Part shown: one piece after another, positions 9,405 through 18,182 of the stretch
How the letters are laid out: the number at the start of each line of letters is the position of its first letter
How positions within the stretch are numbered: position 1 is the first letter of the stretch
IMG/VR virus record: IMGVR_UViG_3300032770_000001
Location: 310,001 to 374,000 of that record
Direction: 5' to 3' (one strand)
Length of the DNA: 64,000 nucleotides
Notes under the pieces: generated by a model
The model's input: only the letters and a program-made list of their open reading frames with translations
Database searches by the model: none
Told to the model about the DNA's origin: nothing
Program-made: the position numbers and the translations under genes

Positions 9405-9658
9405 GCAGAGTGAAAAAACCAAAGCGCGTGAAGTGTCCGATCTGCAAAGCCCCCGGCATCGCAGCCGAGCGGGTGAGTACCGAGCCGATCAAGCATGTCG
9501 ATCTGCTCACGCCCCTGAAAGACCTCGTCCGCTGCATCCGGGACGGGCAACTCGGCGACTTCTCGCCGCTCATGGACGAGATTTTCGATGCGGAGCACGC
9601 GATCCGCATGGCGGAAGCCAGAATGAAGCTTTTGAAGGGCATCGACTATGGCGACTAA
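9401..9658 (+). CDS. hypothetical protein
   Basis: ATGA overlap; CPIC. Confidence 0.6.
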   Translation: MSRVKKPKRVKCPICKAPGIAAERVSTEPIKHVDLLTPLKDLVRCIRDGQLGDFSPLMDEIFDAEHAIRMAEARMKLLKGIDYGD

Positions 9659-9929
9659 GGCAATCTCATACCATTACGTGAAGGTGCTGCACCCAAGCAA
9701 CAAGGGGAAGGCGATTTACCTTGAGTTGCCGAAATTCATCGACAAGGGTGACATGCAATTCATCGCCGGGTATGAGTTCAAGTTGGACGCCAATGGAGAG
9801 CCGAAGCTGGCATCCAAGAAGGGTGATATCATGCACCTGATGCAGCTTGGCGAGGGCGTAAAGATTATCGGTCTGGAAGCGAACAAGTTCTACGGTAATC
9901 TTGAAGAGAAGGACAAGGTGGAATTCTAA
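9648..9929 (+). CDS. hypothetical protein
   Basis: gene packing. Confidence 0.6.
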   Translation: MATKAISYHYVKVLHPSNKGKAIYLELPKFIDKGDMQFIAGYEFKLDANGEPKLASKKGDIMHLMQLGEGVKIIGLEANKFYGNLEEKDKVEF

Positions 9930-10442
9930 ATGAAAAATCGAAAGTTCAGTGCGGATGAAATGAAGCAGGTACACGCCGAAGAACGGCGGATGCTGGCATT
10001 TATCGCCAAGCGGAACGAGGAGTTCATCAAGGCGAAGAAGGCTGGTGAGCCGGAAGTCGGCATCTTCTGGCTGCTCCCGAACGGCAAGGTGTGGATGGAT
10101 GGCACGCCTGTGTCGATGGCGGCAAGCTACGGCGATCTCAAGATTCACGAGGGTACTCACACGCAGTATTGGGACTCTCTCCAGCGCAACGGCATCGCCC
10201 CGGCTGATGTGGAATACGAAGAGTATCCGCGTGGTCGCGTGGCATACGACACCAAGAAGCGTCAGTTCTTCCTGTTCGCCGACGCCTGCATCCTCAAGGA
10301 CAAGGCTGCGGTGAGCCGCATCATGAACCAATTCCGTCTCCCATCGAACACGAAGAAAGAAAAAGACCCGCACTATCGTTGCCCGAAGTGCATGAGCAGC
10401 GGACGTTCAAAGAAACAGCAAGAAAAAGATTGGGACATCTAG
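9930..10442 (+). CDS. conserved hypothetical protein
   Basis: 'VGIFW...EYEEYPRGRV...DxHYRCxxC'. Confidence 0.75.
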   Translation: MKNRKFSADEMKQVHAEERRMLAFIAKRNEEFIKAKKAGEPEVGIFWLLPNGKVWMDGTPVSMAASYGDLKIHEGTHTQYWDSLQRNGIAPADVEYEEYPRGRVAYDTKKRQFFLFADACILKDKAAVSRIMNQFRLPSNTKKEKDPHYRCPKCMSSGRSKKQQEKDWDI

Positions 10443-10450
10443 GAGGGATT

Positions 10451-10915
10451 ATGAAGCTGATGCAAAGGAACCTCGGTATCTCGGCACAGATTTGGGCAGT
10501 GCTCGAAGTTCTCAGTGGGGGCGATTATGTGCTTCCCAAGATTCCTCACGAGTCAGAAGTGACGGCACAGTACGACATCGAAACCCGCCCGTTCTACAAC
10601 GTGCCGGGACGAGCGCACGGCTTCGTCACCAACGTGCATCACTTCAACAACAACGAGTTCACCCTGTTCTTCACCATCACCGAAGCTGGTGGTGGGGATA
10701 CGATCTGCGTTTGCGACTGGACCGGAAAGCGGCGGTACCTCCAGCCCGTGCTGACCAATGATGGTCGCCCGGAAAACTGCCGCATGGCGGAATTCCAGTA
10801 CGGCAACGTGGGCGCAGTTCTGGAGTATGTTCAGACTCTCATCGCCAATTTTATCCTCAAGGAACCGTCCGCTGAGATCGCTGTCCCCGGCATGTTGGGC
10901 GTGGGGGTGCGTTAA
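10451..10915 (+). CDS. hypothetical protein
   Basis: AGGAGG RBS. Confidence 0.65.
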   Translation: MKLMQRNLGISAQIWAVLEVLSGGDYVLPKIPHESEVTAQYDIETRPFYNVPGRAHGFVTNVHHFNNNEFTLFFTITEAGGGDTICVCDWTGKRRYLQPVLTNDGRPENCRMAEFQYGNVGAVLEYVQTLIANFILKEPSAEIAVPGMLGVGVR

Positions 10916-11754
10916 TGGCGAAGCGCATCAAAGTCAAGGCTCCTGAGACGTGGGATGAGTTTCTCGCGTATGAGTGGGATCAATTCAACTGCCACTATCG
11001 CGACTACCACCCGACGCCTGCGAACTACATCTTCAAGCCGGGGGAGGAAGTTGCCTTCGGGTCGATGGAGGAGTGCCGGGTCGAAGCTACGTTCCCGTTC
11101 AACGGCATGGAGCACTGCATCGTGCTCCTGAGCTACCATGATCGGGGATCGGTGTATGGCAAGCCGTTTGACAACAAGCGGCGGCTGCCGCGTCTGACGT
11201 TCTGGTTCAACGTAGACCCGGTCTCGACGGTCACCGACACCGATTTCGGTCGGGATCGTATCAACACCGACTATTCGCAGACGAGCCTCGACAGCCTGAT
11301 CCACATGGCGTACAGCCGGGGCTTGATCGACAGCCCGGAGTACCAGCGCGATTACGTGTGGACGCTGCAAGATAAGCAGCGGCTCATCAAGTCGATCTTC
11401 GACCGCATGGACATCGGCAAATTCATCCTGCTTGAACGCGAGTACCCGGAGAATCGTCTGGAGATCATCGACGGTAAGCAGCGGTTCAACGCGATACTCG
11501 GCTTCTACGAGGGGCGCTACGAATACGAAGGCAAGACGTGGTTCCAGCTTTCGTGGCGTGACAAACAGCGATTCACTGACATCATGGTGCACACCGCCAA
11601 GATTCAGGAGTCACGTGTAAAGAAGTCCGACATCCTGTGGCTCTTCCTCGCCATCAACCGTGGCGGCGTGCCTCAGACCGAGGAGCACATCGCCAAAGCG
11701 CGTCGGCTGTACGAAGAGGCGCTGAAAGAGGAAGCCAATGCCAAGAAAAAGTAA
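10915..11754 (+). CDS. DUF262 (ParB-like, GmrSD N-terminal) domain protein
   Basis: 'PEYQRDYVW...LIKSI...IIDGKQR...FLAINRGG'. Confidence 0.85.
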   Translation: MAKRIKVKAPETWDEFLAYEWDQFNCHYRDYHPTPANYIFKPGEEVAFGSMEECRVEATFPFNGMEHCIVLLSYHDRGSVYGKPFDNKRRLPRLTFWFNVDPVSTVTDTDFGRDRINTDYSQTSLDSLIHMAYSRGLIDSPEYQRDYVWTLQDKQRLIKSIFDRMDIGKFILLEREYPENRLEIIDGKQRFNAILGFYEGRYEYEGKTWFQLSWRDKQRFTDIMVHTAKIQESRVKKSDILWLFLAINRGGVPQTEEHIAKARRLYEEALKEEANAKKK

Positions 11755-12127
11755 GGCTCAGAAGCCGGAATTGAAGGTGCCGAAAGTCGAGGACGGCGAC
11801 TGGACACCCGGCTCGTTCGGCTGGTACATCCATCAAGCCAACGTGATCGCCTCATTGAACTGTGAACAGAACAGTCTTGGGGCGATCTATCTGGCGAAAG
11901 TAGTCGAAAGGGCAAAGGGGCTTGGCAAGACCAAAGCCCCGCAACGCAAGAAGCGATACCAGCACTTCGCCATCATCAGCCAGTACCCGGAGATTGGGCA
12001 GATGGGCTGTACGACGGCATCTTCGCTGGCTGAGGCGACAACGGACATCCATCAGGAGGAGCCCGGTGCGATCCTGAAACGCATTGCCAAGAAAGATTGC
12101 CGGGTGTGCAAGGAATTCGGAAGTTAA
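11738..12127 (+). CDS. hypothetical protein
   Basis: GAGG RBS; packing. Confidence 0.6.
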   Translation: MPRKSKAQKPELKVPKVEDGDWTPGSFGWYIHQANVIASLNCEQNSLGAIYLAKVVERAKGLGKTKAPQRKKRYQHFAIISQYPEIGQMGCTTASSLAEATTDIHQEEPGAILKRIAKKDCRVCKEFGS

Positions 12128-12411
12128 TGAACTGGACGAAGAGTGAGACAATTGGGGGAGTGAGATACACCCGGTCCGACGGCGCGGTCGTGAAGTGGGA
12201 CAACTCATCCCCGCATCCCAACCCGGCAGAGCCTACGGCACGGATGTGGACGGCATGGGAGCCTGATCCCTCCCAGAAAGCCCTTCTAATGCACCGAGGG
12301 CGCTGGCGTAGGGCTCAGGACGGCACTAGGGTACGGTTGGGCTTCCCCCGGCGTTGGAAAACAGCACAGGCGGCAATGGATGCCGTAGACAGGGAGTATC
12401 CACTTGGGTAG
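12127..12411 (+). CDS. hypothetical protein
   Basis: TAATG overlap. Confidence 0.6.
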   Translation: MNWTKSETIGGVRYTRSDGAVVKWDNSSPHPNPAEPTARMWTAWEPDPSQKALLMHRGRWRRAQDGTRVRLGFPRRWKTAQAAMDAVDREYPLG

Positions 12412-12991
12412 GATTATCTGCATCGGACGGCGTGCCACGGGAGTCGATGATGACACCCGTGCTGTCCATTACATCGGCGACTGGCTCCAGAGGATGGGGC
12501 GGCTGGCGGACGTAGGCAAGCGCATTCAGAGCGGCGACCTCGACCTGTATGACATGAGCACCCTGCCGGAAAAGGGTGACGGCATAGCCGCCATTGAACG
12601 GTATCGGGATATCGACATGGTACTGGCGATCCACCTGTTCGGGATCGATTTCGGAACTGGATTGAACAGTCCCGCTCTGTACCAGATGACCAACTATTAC
12701 TATAACCGTCGTAACTGGCAACTGCTGGACATCTGCCGGGAGCGCGGGGTAAGATTGATCGCTTGGGGAGATCAACCGAAATTTCACCCGGCCTGCTATC
12801 CCGACGTTCAGCAGACTCAATTGGTTGGCTCCTGCTATCTCTACGAACCGGAGGTCAAACATGCACGCCAAAGAAAGGGAACTGGAAAGGTTGCTGGAAG
12901 AGCACGGCTTCGAACTGCAAAGGGGACACAAGCATCTGGTGTACAGGAACCCCGCAGGGCTCGTGCTCACCATGTCCAACTCGCCAAGTGA
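12404..12991 (+). CDS. hypothetical protein
   Basis: TTG start after AGGGAG; C-terminus overlaps next gene by ~130 nt. Confidence 0.55.
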   Translation: MGRIICIGRRATGVDDDTRAVHYIGDWLQRMGRLADVGKRIQSGDLDLYDMSTLPEKGDGIAAIERYRDIDMVLAIHLFGIDFGTGLNSPALYQMTNYYYNRRNWQLLDICRERGVRLIAWGDQPKFHPACYPDVQQTQLVGSCYLYEPEVKHARQRKGTGKVAGRARLRTAKGTQASGVQEPRRARAHHVQLAK

Positions 12992-13424
12992 CATCAACGC
13001 CCGGAATCAAGCCCTGCGCGATCTGCAAAAGATGCTCGGTATGCGACCGGGTGTCGCAATCGTGGGTAGTCGCCGGGAGAAACGTAGGAAATCGTGCCCG
13101 ATAAAAATCGATTTCACCCGGATCGAGACGAATGTGATTTCGCATCGTCCGTCGCTTGCCGATCAACTGGAGAAAGTCCGGGCAGAGTTGAAACTGGAAG
13201 GCAAGACCGAAACCGGACGGACACCGACTCAACCAGAGTTGCAGATCAACCAACCGCATCAAGAGCGGAGATATTTCGCCGAGGTCACGGTCTGCCGAGA
13301 GATTTTCGATATCATCCTCCGGGCTGGCGATGAGGGTATGAGCATCATGCTCAAGGACGAATCCAGCCATCGGGTGCAATTCGTCCGACGCCCGACCGCA
13401 ACCCAGAAAAGGGGGAGTAAATAG
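12861..13424 (+). CDS. HicA-like (dsRBD-fold) domain protein with C-terminal extension
   Basis: GGAGG RBS; 'LERLLEEHGFELQRGHKHLVYRNP...SPSD' fits the HicA pattern. Confidence 0.65.
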   Translation: MHAKERELERLLEEHGFELQRGHKHLVYRNPAGLVLTMSNSPSDINARNQALRDLQKMLGMRPGVAIVGSRREKRRKSCPIKIDFTRIETNVISHRPSLADQLEKVRAELKLEGKTETGRTPTQPELQINQPHQERRYFAEVTVCREIFDIILRAGDEGMSIMLKDESSHRVQFVRRPTATQKRGSK

Positions 13425-13670
13425 ATGGCAAGCATTAACGTATCGGAAAAAGAGTTCCACGCGGTCGCTAGTGCGGCAAACGATGCGCTGGACAAAAACG
13501 AGGTTGAGGCCGCTTACACGCTGGACGATCTCGCCCGGAAGATAAACGCCGCTTTATCGAAGAACACGGCGCGACGAGCATTAGGTAACTATCCGGCAGT
13601 CGGCGGGAGCCTGCCAAAATTTGAGGTTGAATCGCCGCTGGAATCAAACGGTCGGCGACCGAAGAAATGA
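13425..13670 (+). CDS. hypothetical protein
   Basis: GGAG RBS; packing. Confidence 0.6.
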   Translation: MASINVSEKEFHAVASAANDALDKNEVEAAYTLDDLARKINAALSKNTARRALGNYPAVGGSLPKFEVESPLESNGRRPKK

Positions 13671-14713
13671 AAGATCAATACGACTTTTCGGGTGGTGAAC
13701 GCGGTAAGTATGTGCGTCAGGCGTTCAAAGACTTGGTGTTCCACCGAGATTACAACAAGTGTGTCAACTGCGGTCTTCCCGGCGTGGACGCGCATCACAT
13801 CATGGAGCGGAGGCTATTTCCCGATGGCGGATATTATATCGATAATGGGGTTACAGTCTGTTCGACCTGTCATCAAGCGGCAGAAGCTACACTCATCGGA
13901 TGCGATGTACTTCGTCAAAAGGCAGGCATCCACAACGTGGTTTTACCGCCCCATCTCGCGACCGATACCGACTACGACAAATGGGGAAACCCGATCCTTC
14001 CGAGCGGCTATCGGCTCCGTGGTGAACTTTTTGATGACGAAGCTGTTCAGAAAGTCCTCCGGCCTGTCCTCCACATGTTCATCAACCGGGTCAAATACCC
14101 CCGGACATACCACTTCCTGTGGTCACCGGGGCTCCAGAATGATGACCGCCAATTGCCAAGCACTGAAGGATGGCAGGGCCGACAGGTGGTCATAACCGAA
14201 AAGATGGACGGCGAGGGCACCACGTTCTACCATGACGGCCTGCACGCCCGGAGTGTGGACGACATGGAGCCGCACCCGTCCCGGACGTTCATTAAGGCGA
14301 TTCATGCCGCCTGCAAATTCGACATCCCGGACAACTATCGGGTCTGCGGTGAAAATCTGACCGCTGTGCACAGCATCAAATACACCGATCTCCCATCGTA
14401 TTTCATGGTGTTCTCGATTTGGAACGGACTCACCTGCCTGTCATGGGAAGAGACGATGGAATGGTCGGCTCTACTCGGCCTGCGTACCGTCCCCGTGCTC
14501 TATTGGGGAGAATACAGCGACGATGTCTGTAAGGCGATGTGCGATTTGCTAAACCCCACCACGCAAGAGGGTTTAGTGGTGCGTCCGGCTGCCCGTTTTC
14601 ACTATAGAGATTTTCCCAAAGTTGTGGGAAAATACGTAAGGAAGTCCCATGTGCAGACCGACGAGCACTGGATGCGGAAGGAAGTAGAATTCAATGGTCT
14701 CGCAAAATCCTAG
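13667..14713 (+). CDS. HNH endonuclease - RNA ligase (Rnl2-like) fusion
   Basis: 'RD..KCVNC..DAHHI..NGVTVCSTCH' HNH; 'KYPRTYH..TEKMDG..GEN..EGLVVR..KYVRKSH' ligase motifs. Confidence 0.85.
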   Translation: MKDQYDFSGGERGKYVRQAFKDLVFHRDYNKCVNCGLPGVDAHHIMERRLFPDGGYYIDNGVTVCSTCHQAAEATLIGCDVLRQKAGIHNVVLPPHLATDTDYDKWGNPILPSGYRLRGELFDDEAVQKVLRPVLHMFINRVKYPRTYHFLWSPGLQNDDRQLPSTEGWQGRQVVITEKMDGEGTTFYHDGLHARSVDDMEPHPSRTFIKAIHAACKFDIPDNYRVCGENLTAVHSIKYTDLPSYFMVFSIWNGLTCLSWEETMEWSALLGLRTVPVLYWGEYSDDVCKAMCDLLNPTTQEGLVVRPAARFHYRDFPKVVGKYVRKSHVQTDEHWMRKEVEFNGLAKS

Positions 14714-14942
14714 CGACATCCGGCATTATATGGCTCTGCGCAATACCGTAGCCGCCCGGTGCTGGAACATCCCGGCTTCGGAGAAGTACGGGACTCCGAC
14801 GACATTCATCGTCGAGGACGAACGCGGTCAGGTGACGCTGGACAACAGTGCCGAAGGTTACCACCCGACTACGCCCCGCGAATTGTTGCTGTTGACGGCA
14901 TTCAAAATTTGGCTGCACAAAACGGAGCAATGTGGATTATGA
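14694..14942 (+). CDS. hypothetical protein
   Basis: ORF in run; start uncertain. Confidence 0.45.
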   Translation: MVSQNPSDIRHYMALRNTVAARCWNIPASEKYGTPTTFIVEDERGQVTLDNSAEGYHPTTPRELLLLTAFKIWLHKTEQCGL

Positions 14943-15136
14943 GCCTCTGCGAACGAGATGATGACTACCGCACATTCCGGGAACTGACGCCTGCCGAAGA
15001 AGCCGCATGGCGTCTATACTGCGACGAAACCAAGGGCGACATGGACGTGCGTGACTTCTGGGACGATCTGTCGCCTCGCGTCAAGGCGCACTATCTGAAT
15101 AAGGTGCACAATGGGTACCAGCGGCAATTGCGGTGA
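14939..15136 (+). CDS. hypothetical protein
   Basis: ATGA overlap. Confidence 0.5.
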   Translation: MSLCERDDDYRTFRELTPAEEAAWRLYCDETKGDMDVRDFWDDLSPRVKAHYLNKVHNGYQRQLR

Positions 15137-15317
15137 AGACTGTCCCGGCTGCCAGTCGATTAAGCAGTTCGAGGAACGACCGAACGGATGCACCTGTCCA
15201 GCACCGCACGAATCCGCTTTGCGGTACTGTTCGATTCATTGCTGCTGCTGGATGAACGCTGAGATCAACCTGTACGGACTTTGCCGACGTTGTGGGAAGT
15301 ATCCGCTCTACCACTAA
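15111..15317 (+). CDS. Cys-rich small protein
   Basis: 11 Cys in 68 aa; TAATG coupling to SET gene. Confidence 0.5.
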   Translation: MGTSGNCGEDCPGCQSIKQFEERPNGCTCPAPHESALRYCSIHCCCWMNAEINLYGLCRRCGKYPLYH

Positions 15318-15844
15318 TGAAACCGAAGATCAACCCGGACTATTGCTACTACAAGCTGCGTCTCGTCAAGTCTCCCGTTCACGGCTGGGGCGTCGTCGCC
15401 GCCGAAACCATCCCCAAGGGCAGATTCGTGATCGAATACACCGGGGAAGTCATGAACCGGAAGCGGCACAAAGAAGTCTCCGCAAAGCGAAAGCGTTGCT
15501 ACATCTACACCCTTGACAAATACTGGTCACTGGACGGGTTGGTGGGGGGCAGCGGAGCGGAGCGAGTCAATCATTCCTGCGACCCTAATCTTCGAGCAGA
15601 CATCCGGGGGCACCGGGTTTTCTTCGTCTCCAGACGAAAGATCAAGAAGGGTGAAGAACTCTCAGTGGATTATTACTACAACTGGGATTTGAAAGACCTG
15701 AGCCTGTGCATGTGCAAAGCAAAGAACTGTCGTGGTACAATAAACTTCCCACCGCACGGGATCAGAAACACCCCGGCATATTTGGCATTGAGGGAACGAC
15801 TTGAATCGCAAAGGAAAAGGGTTGAGAAGCGTGCCATACTTTGA
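15317..15844 (+). CDS. SET-domain lysine methyltransferase with post-SET
   Basis: 'SPVHGWGV','IEYTGE','NHSCDPN','GEELSVDY','CMCKAKNCRG'. Confidence 0.9.
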   Translation: MKPKINPDYCYYKLRLVKSPVHGWGVVAAETIPKGRFVIEYTGEVMNRKRHKEVSAKRKRCYIYTLDKYWSLDGLVGGSGAERVNHSCDPNLRADIRGHRVFFVSRRKIKKGEELSVDYYYNWDLKDLSLCMCKAKNCRGTINFPPHGIRNTPAYLALRERLESQRKRVEKRAIL

Positions 15845-16331
15845 AGACATTACACTCTACGTAGACGTGGACGATACATGGATCGCTCACATGGTCGAAG
15901 GTTCCGGCTTCGATCTCAGACCGAACGCCATGACCCAGCTACGTGGGCTGACAATGTTGTACGATGTCCAATGGCTCACCTGTTGGCCTCCGGAACCGTT
16001 GCGAGAGCTTCTGCATGGATTGTACGCCCCCGATGTATGGATGTACTCAAACTACTGCGCGTGGCGGACTCGCATGGAACTCAACAAGGGCGACAAAGTC
16101 GATGCCGTATTGAATGGCAACCCAAACTGGTACTGGATCGAAGACCCGCTTCCAAAGGATGAGTTTACTAAATTGGTCGAGGCCGGGGTGCAGGATCGAT
16201 ACATTCGTGTCGAGCCGCATGGAACATGGGGATTTCTCGACGCAATTCACAAACTTTTTGCCCTCACAAGTGTTGATTCTAAAGTGCTTTGGGCTGCTGG
16301 AATCAACCCTAAATGGTTCGAAAAATTCTGA
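15831..16331 (+). CDS. HAD-like phosphatase (RNA-repair-associated type)
   Basis: 'LYVDVDDT' DxD motif, 'WLTCW', 'WIED'. Confidence 0.6.
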   Translation: MPYFEDITLYVDVDDTWIAHMVEGSGFDLRPNAMTQLRGLTMLYDVQWLTCWPPEPLRELLHGLYAPDVWMYSNYCAWRTRMELNKGDKVDAVLNGNPNWYWIEDPLPKDEFTKLVEAGVQDRYIRVEPHGTWGFLDAIHKLFALTSVDSKVLWAAGINPKWFEKF

Positions 16332-16353
16332 CGAAAAATCTCAGCGTTTTCTG

Positions 16354-16382
16354 TTGACTTCCTACGACACCCGTTATATACT
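16354..16382 (+). promoter_or_regulatory. sigma70-type promoter
   Basis: TTGACT-17 nt-TATACT in the intergenic region. Confidence 0.7.
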
Positions 16383-16432
16383 TTTCTTGGTGTTAAATCG
16401 GGCACAACTTGTGCCTCTTGTGGAGCTAGTCC

Positions 16433-17689
16433 ATGGCTAATGGAAATGGAACTGGTGCCAAGCTCAAGTTTGAGCCCAAGTTCCCGCTGTTGCGTTACCC
16501 GCTCGATGCTCAGTATCCCACCCTCAACCCCGACAATTACCCCTTGTGGAAGGAACCGAAGGATTTCAAGAACCTTCGCTCTGAATTCGTCGCCTGCACC
16601 GCAAAAGAAGCCCTCGAAATGCTCAAGCGTGCAAACCCGGCGAACATTGTCCGCCGCAAAGAAGGACAGGTCAATCAGATTCGCGGCTGGATCAACGAGC
16701 GCATTTTCGGCGTTCAGGATACCATCGAGTTCGACTGGAACGGCGTGTTGCAGAATGGTCATCACCGTCTGGAAGCCATCTCCAAATCAGACGGCATCGT
16801 CCTGCTGCACATCGTGTACGGCGTCAATCCGGAGAACTACTCCCGCTATGACGATGTGTACAAGCGCACCGCCGCCAACATTCTCGGCATCGGCTTGAAG
16901 CTGGAGAAGGGCGAAGCTGATGATTGCGCTGCCGCCTCCAAGTGGACGACCGTCTACTGGGATGGCACCGCGCTCGAATCCCGTCAGGGTGTTCATGGTC
17001 GTAAGCGCATCGGCTACCTCAAAGCGAAGCCGGACATGATCGAACACAACGCCGATCTCGATGCGCTGGTGAAGCGCACCAAGGCGGAACTACCTTGCCC
17101 GAAGAGCATCCTGCTTACGTTGCTCACTCTCGGCTGCGAGGTTGCCAACGGTAAGACTTTGACTCGCGACTTCATCAAGGGGGTTGTAACGGGTGAAACC
17201 GCACTCGGTACCCCGGCACGCGAATACCGCGAATTCCTGCTCCGCAACAAGGACACCAAGAAAAAGCGCGTGTACACGAGCCTGAAACTCGGTCTTGGAC
17301 TGATCGCTCTGCGTGCTCATCTGGAGGGAGAAGAGAACATGGAACCGCTGCGCATGAACTCGTACAACCCCAAAAAGGGTGTGCCGCGTTTGTCCGCACA
17401 GCAGGATTCGTTCTTCAAGGAATTGGCGGAAGAGGCACGTATCCGTGCCAAGAACAATCTTCTGACCAAGGTCAACCCGACGAACCGCAACTCGACCCCG
17501 TTGACTGACTTCGGGTTCTTCGGGAAGCGCGTTCTCAAGGCATTCGGCAAGTTCAACATCCACACTCTCGGCGATCTGGCACTCGTGAACAACGACGTGA
17601 CATTGCGCAAGATGGTGAACAAGAACGACTTCGATCAGGTGAAGGACTTCGTCACTTCGATGGAATTGCCGACCGTTCGCGTGAACTAA
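16433..17689 (+). CDS. ParB-like N-terminal domain protein with C-terminal RNAP alpha-CTD-like segment
   Basis: 'GVLQNGHHRLEAI' ParB-like motif; 'PLTDFGFFGKRVLKAFGKFNIHTLGDL' resembles alpha-CTD. Confidence 0.6.
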   Translation: MANGNGTGAKLKFEPKFPLLRYPLDAQYPTLNPDNYPLWKEPKDFKNLRSEFVACTAKEALEMLKRANPANIVRRKEGQVNQIRGWINERIFGVQDTIEFDWNGVLQNGHHRLEAISKSDGIVLLHIVYGVNPENYSRYDDVYKRTAANILGIGLKLEKGEADDCAAASKWTTVYWDGTALESRQGVHGRKRIGYLKAKPDMIEHNADLDALVKRTKAELPCPKSILLTLLTLGCEVANGKTLTRDFIKGVVTGETALGTPAREYREFLLRNKDTKKKRVYTSLKLGLGLIALRAHLEGEENMEPLRMNSYNPKKGVPRLSAQQDSFFKELAEEARIRAKNNLLTKVNPTNRNSTPLTDFGFFGKRVLKAFGKFNIHTLGDLALVNNDVTLRKMVNKNDFDQVKDFVTSMELPTVRVN

Positions 17690-17710
17690 CGCGGTCGATT
17701 AGAGACATAG

Positions 17711-17746
17711 ATGGGCTCGGCTAAACGGCTGAGCCCATTTTCTTTT
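17711..17746. terminator. intrinsic terminator between convergent genes
   Basis: ATGGGCTCGGC...GCTGAGCCCAT followed by TTTCTTTT. Confidence 0.7.
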
Positions 17747-18182
17747 GTACGGCACGAGCGTAAGTCACGCCGGGAAGAGTACCGCCCGACCAATTCACTT
17801 CGCCAACCACACGCATTCCGTTACGCTCATAGAAATCACGTGCCGTTCGATTATCGGCACGGACGCTGAGATATAAATCGCCCTGCGATGGTTCCACAAT
17901 CTCTTCGAAGAACTGCTGGAAGACCCGCCGTCCGGCTCCGTTGAATTGACCGCTGTTGAGAATTTGATGGAGCATGATCGAGCCAGCCGGAATTAACAGG
18001 TTGCCGACCCATGTGCGCTTCTTGTATTGCTGAAAGGTGATGACCACGCCGTCTTGATAGATGCATTGCTTCTTCTCGATGCGACGTTTTAGAGCGTCCT
18101 GCCGCACGTGCGGAAAGATATCTTTGAACTTCTGGAAGTGCCCGTAGATGTCTTTCAGGTCGTCGAGTGTTGCATATCGCAT
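17721..18182 (-). CDS. GNAT acetyltransferase
   Basis: 'MRYAT..D','LHQI..GAG','LSVRADN..ARDFYERNGM'; TAATG-coupled to the MTase. Confidence 0.8.
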   Translation of the reverse strand: MRYATLDDLKDIYGHFQKFKDIFPHVRQDALKRRIEKKQCIYQDGVVITFQQYKKRTWVGNLLIPAGSIMLHQILNSGQFNGAGRRVFQQFFEEIVEPSQGDLYLSVRADNRTARDFYERNGMRVVGEVNWSGGTLPGVTYARAVQKKMGSAV

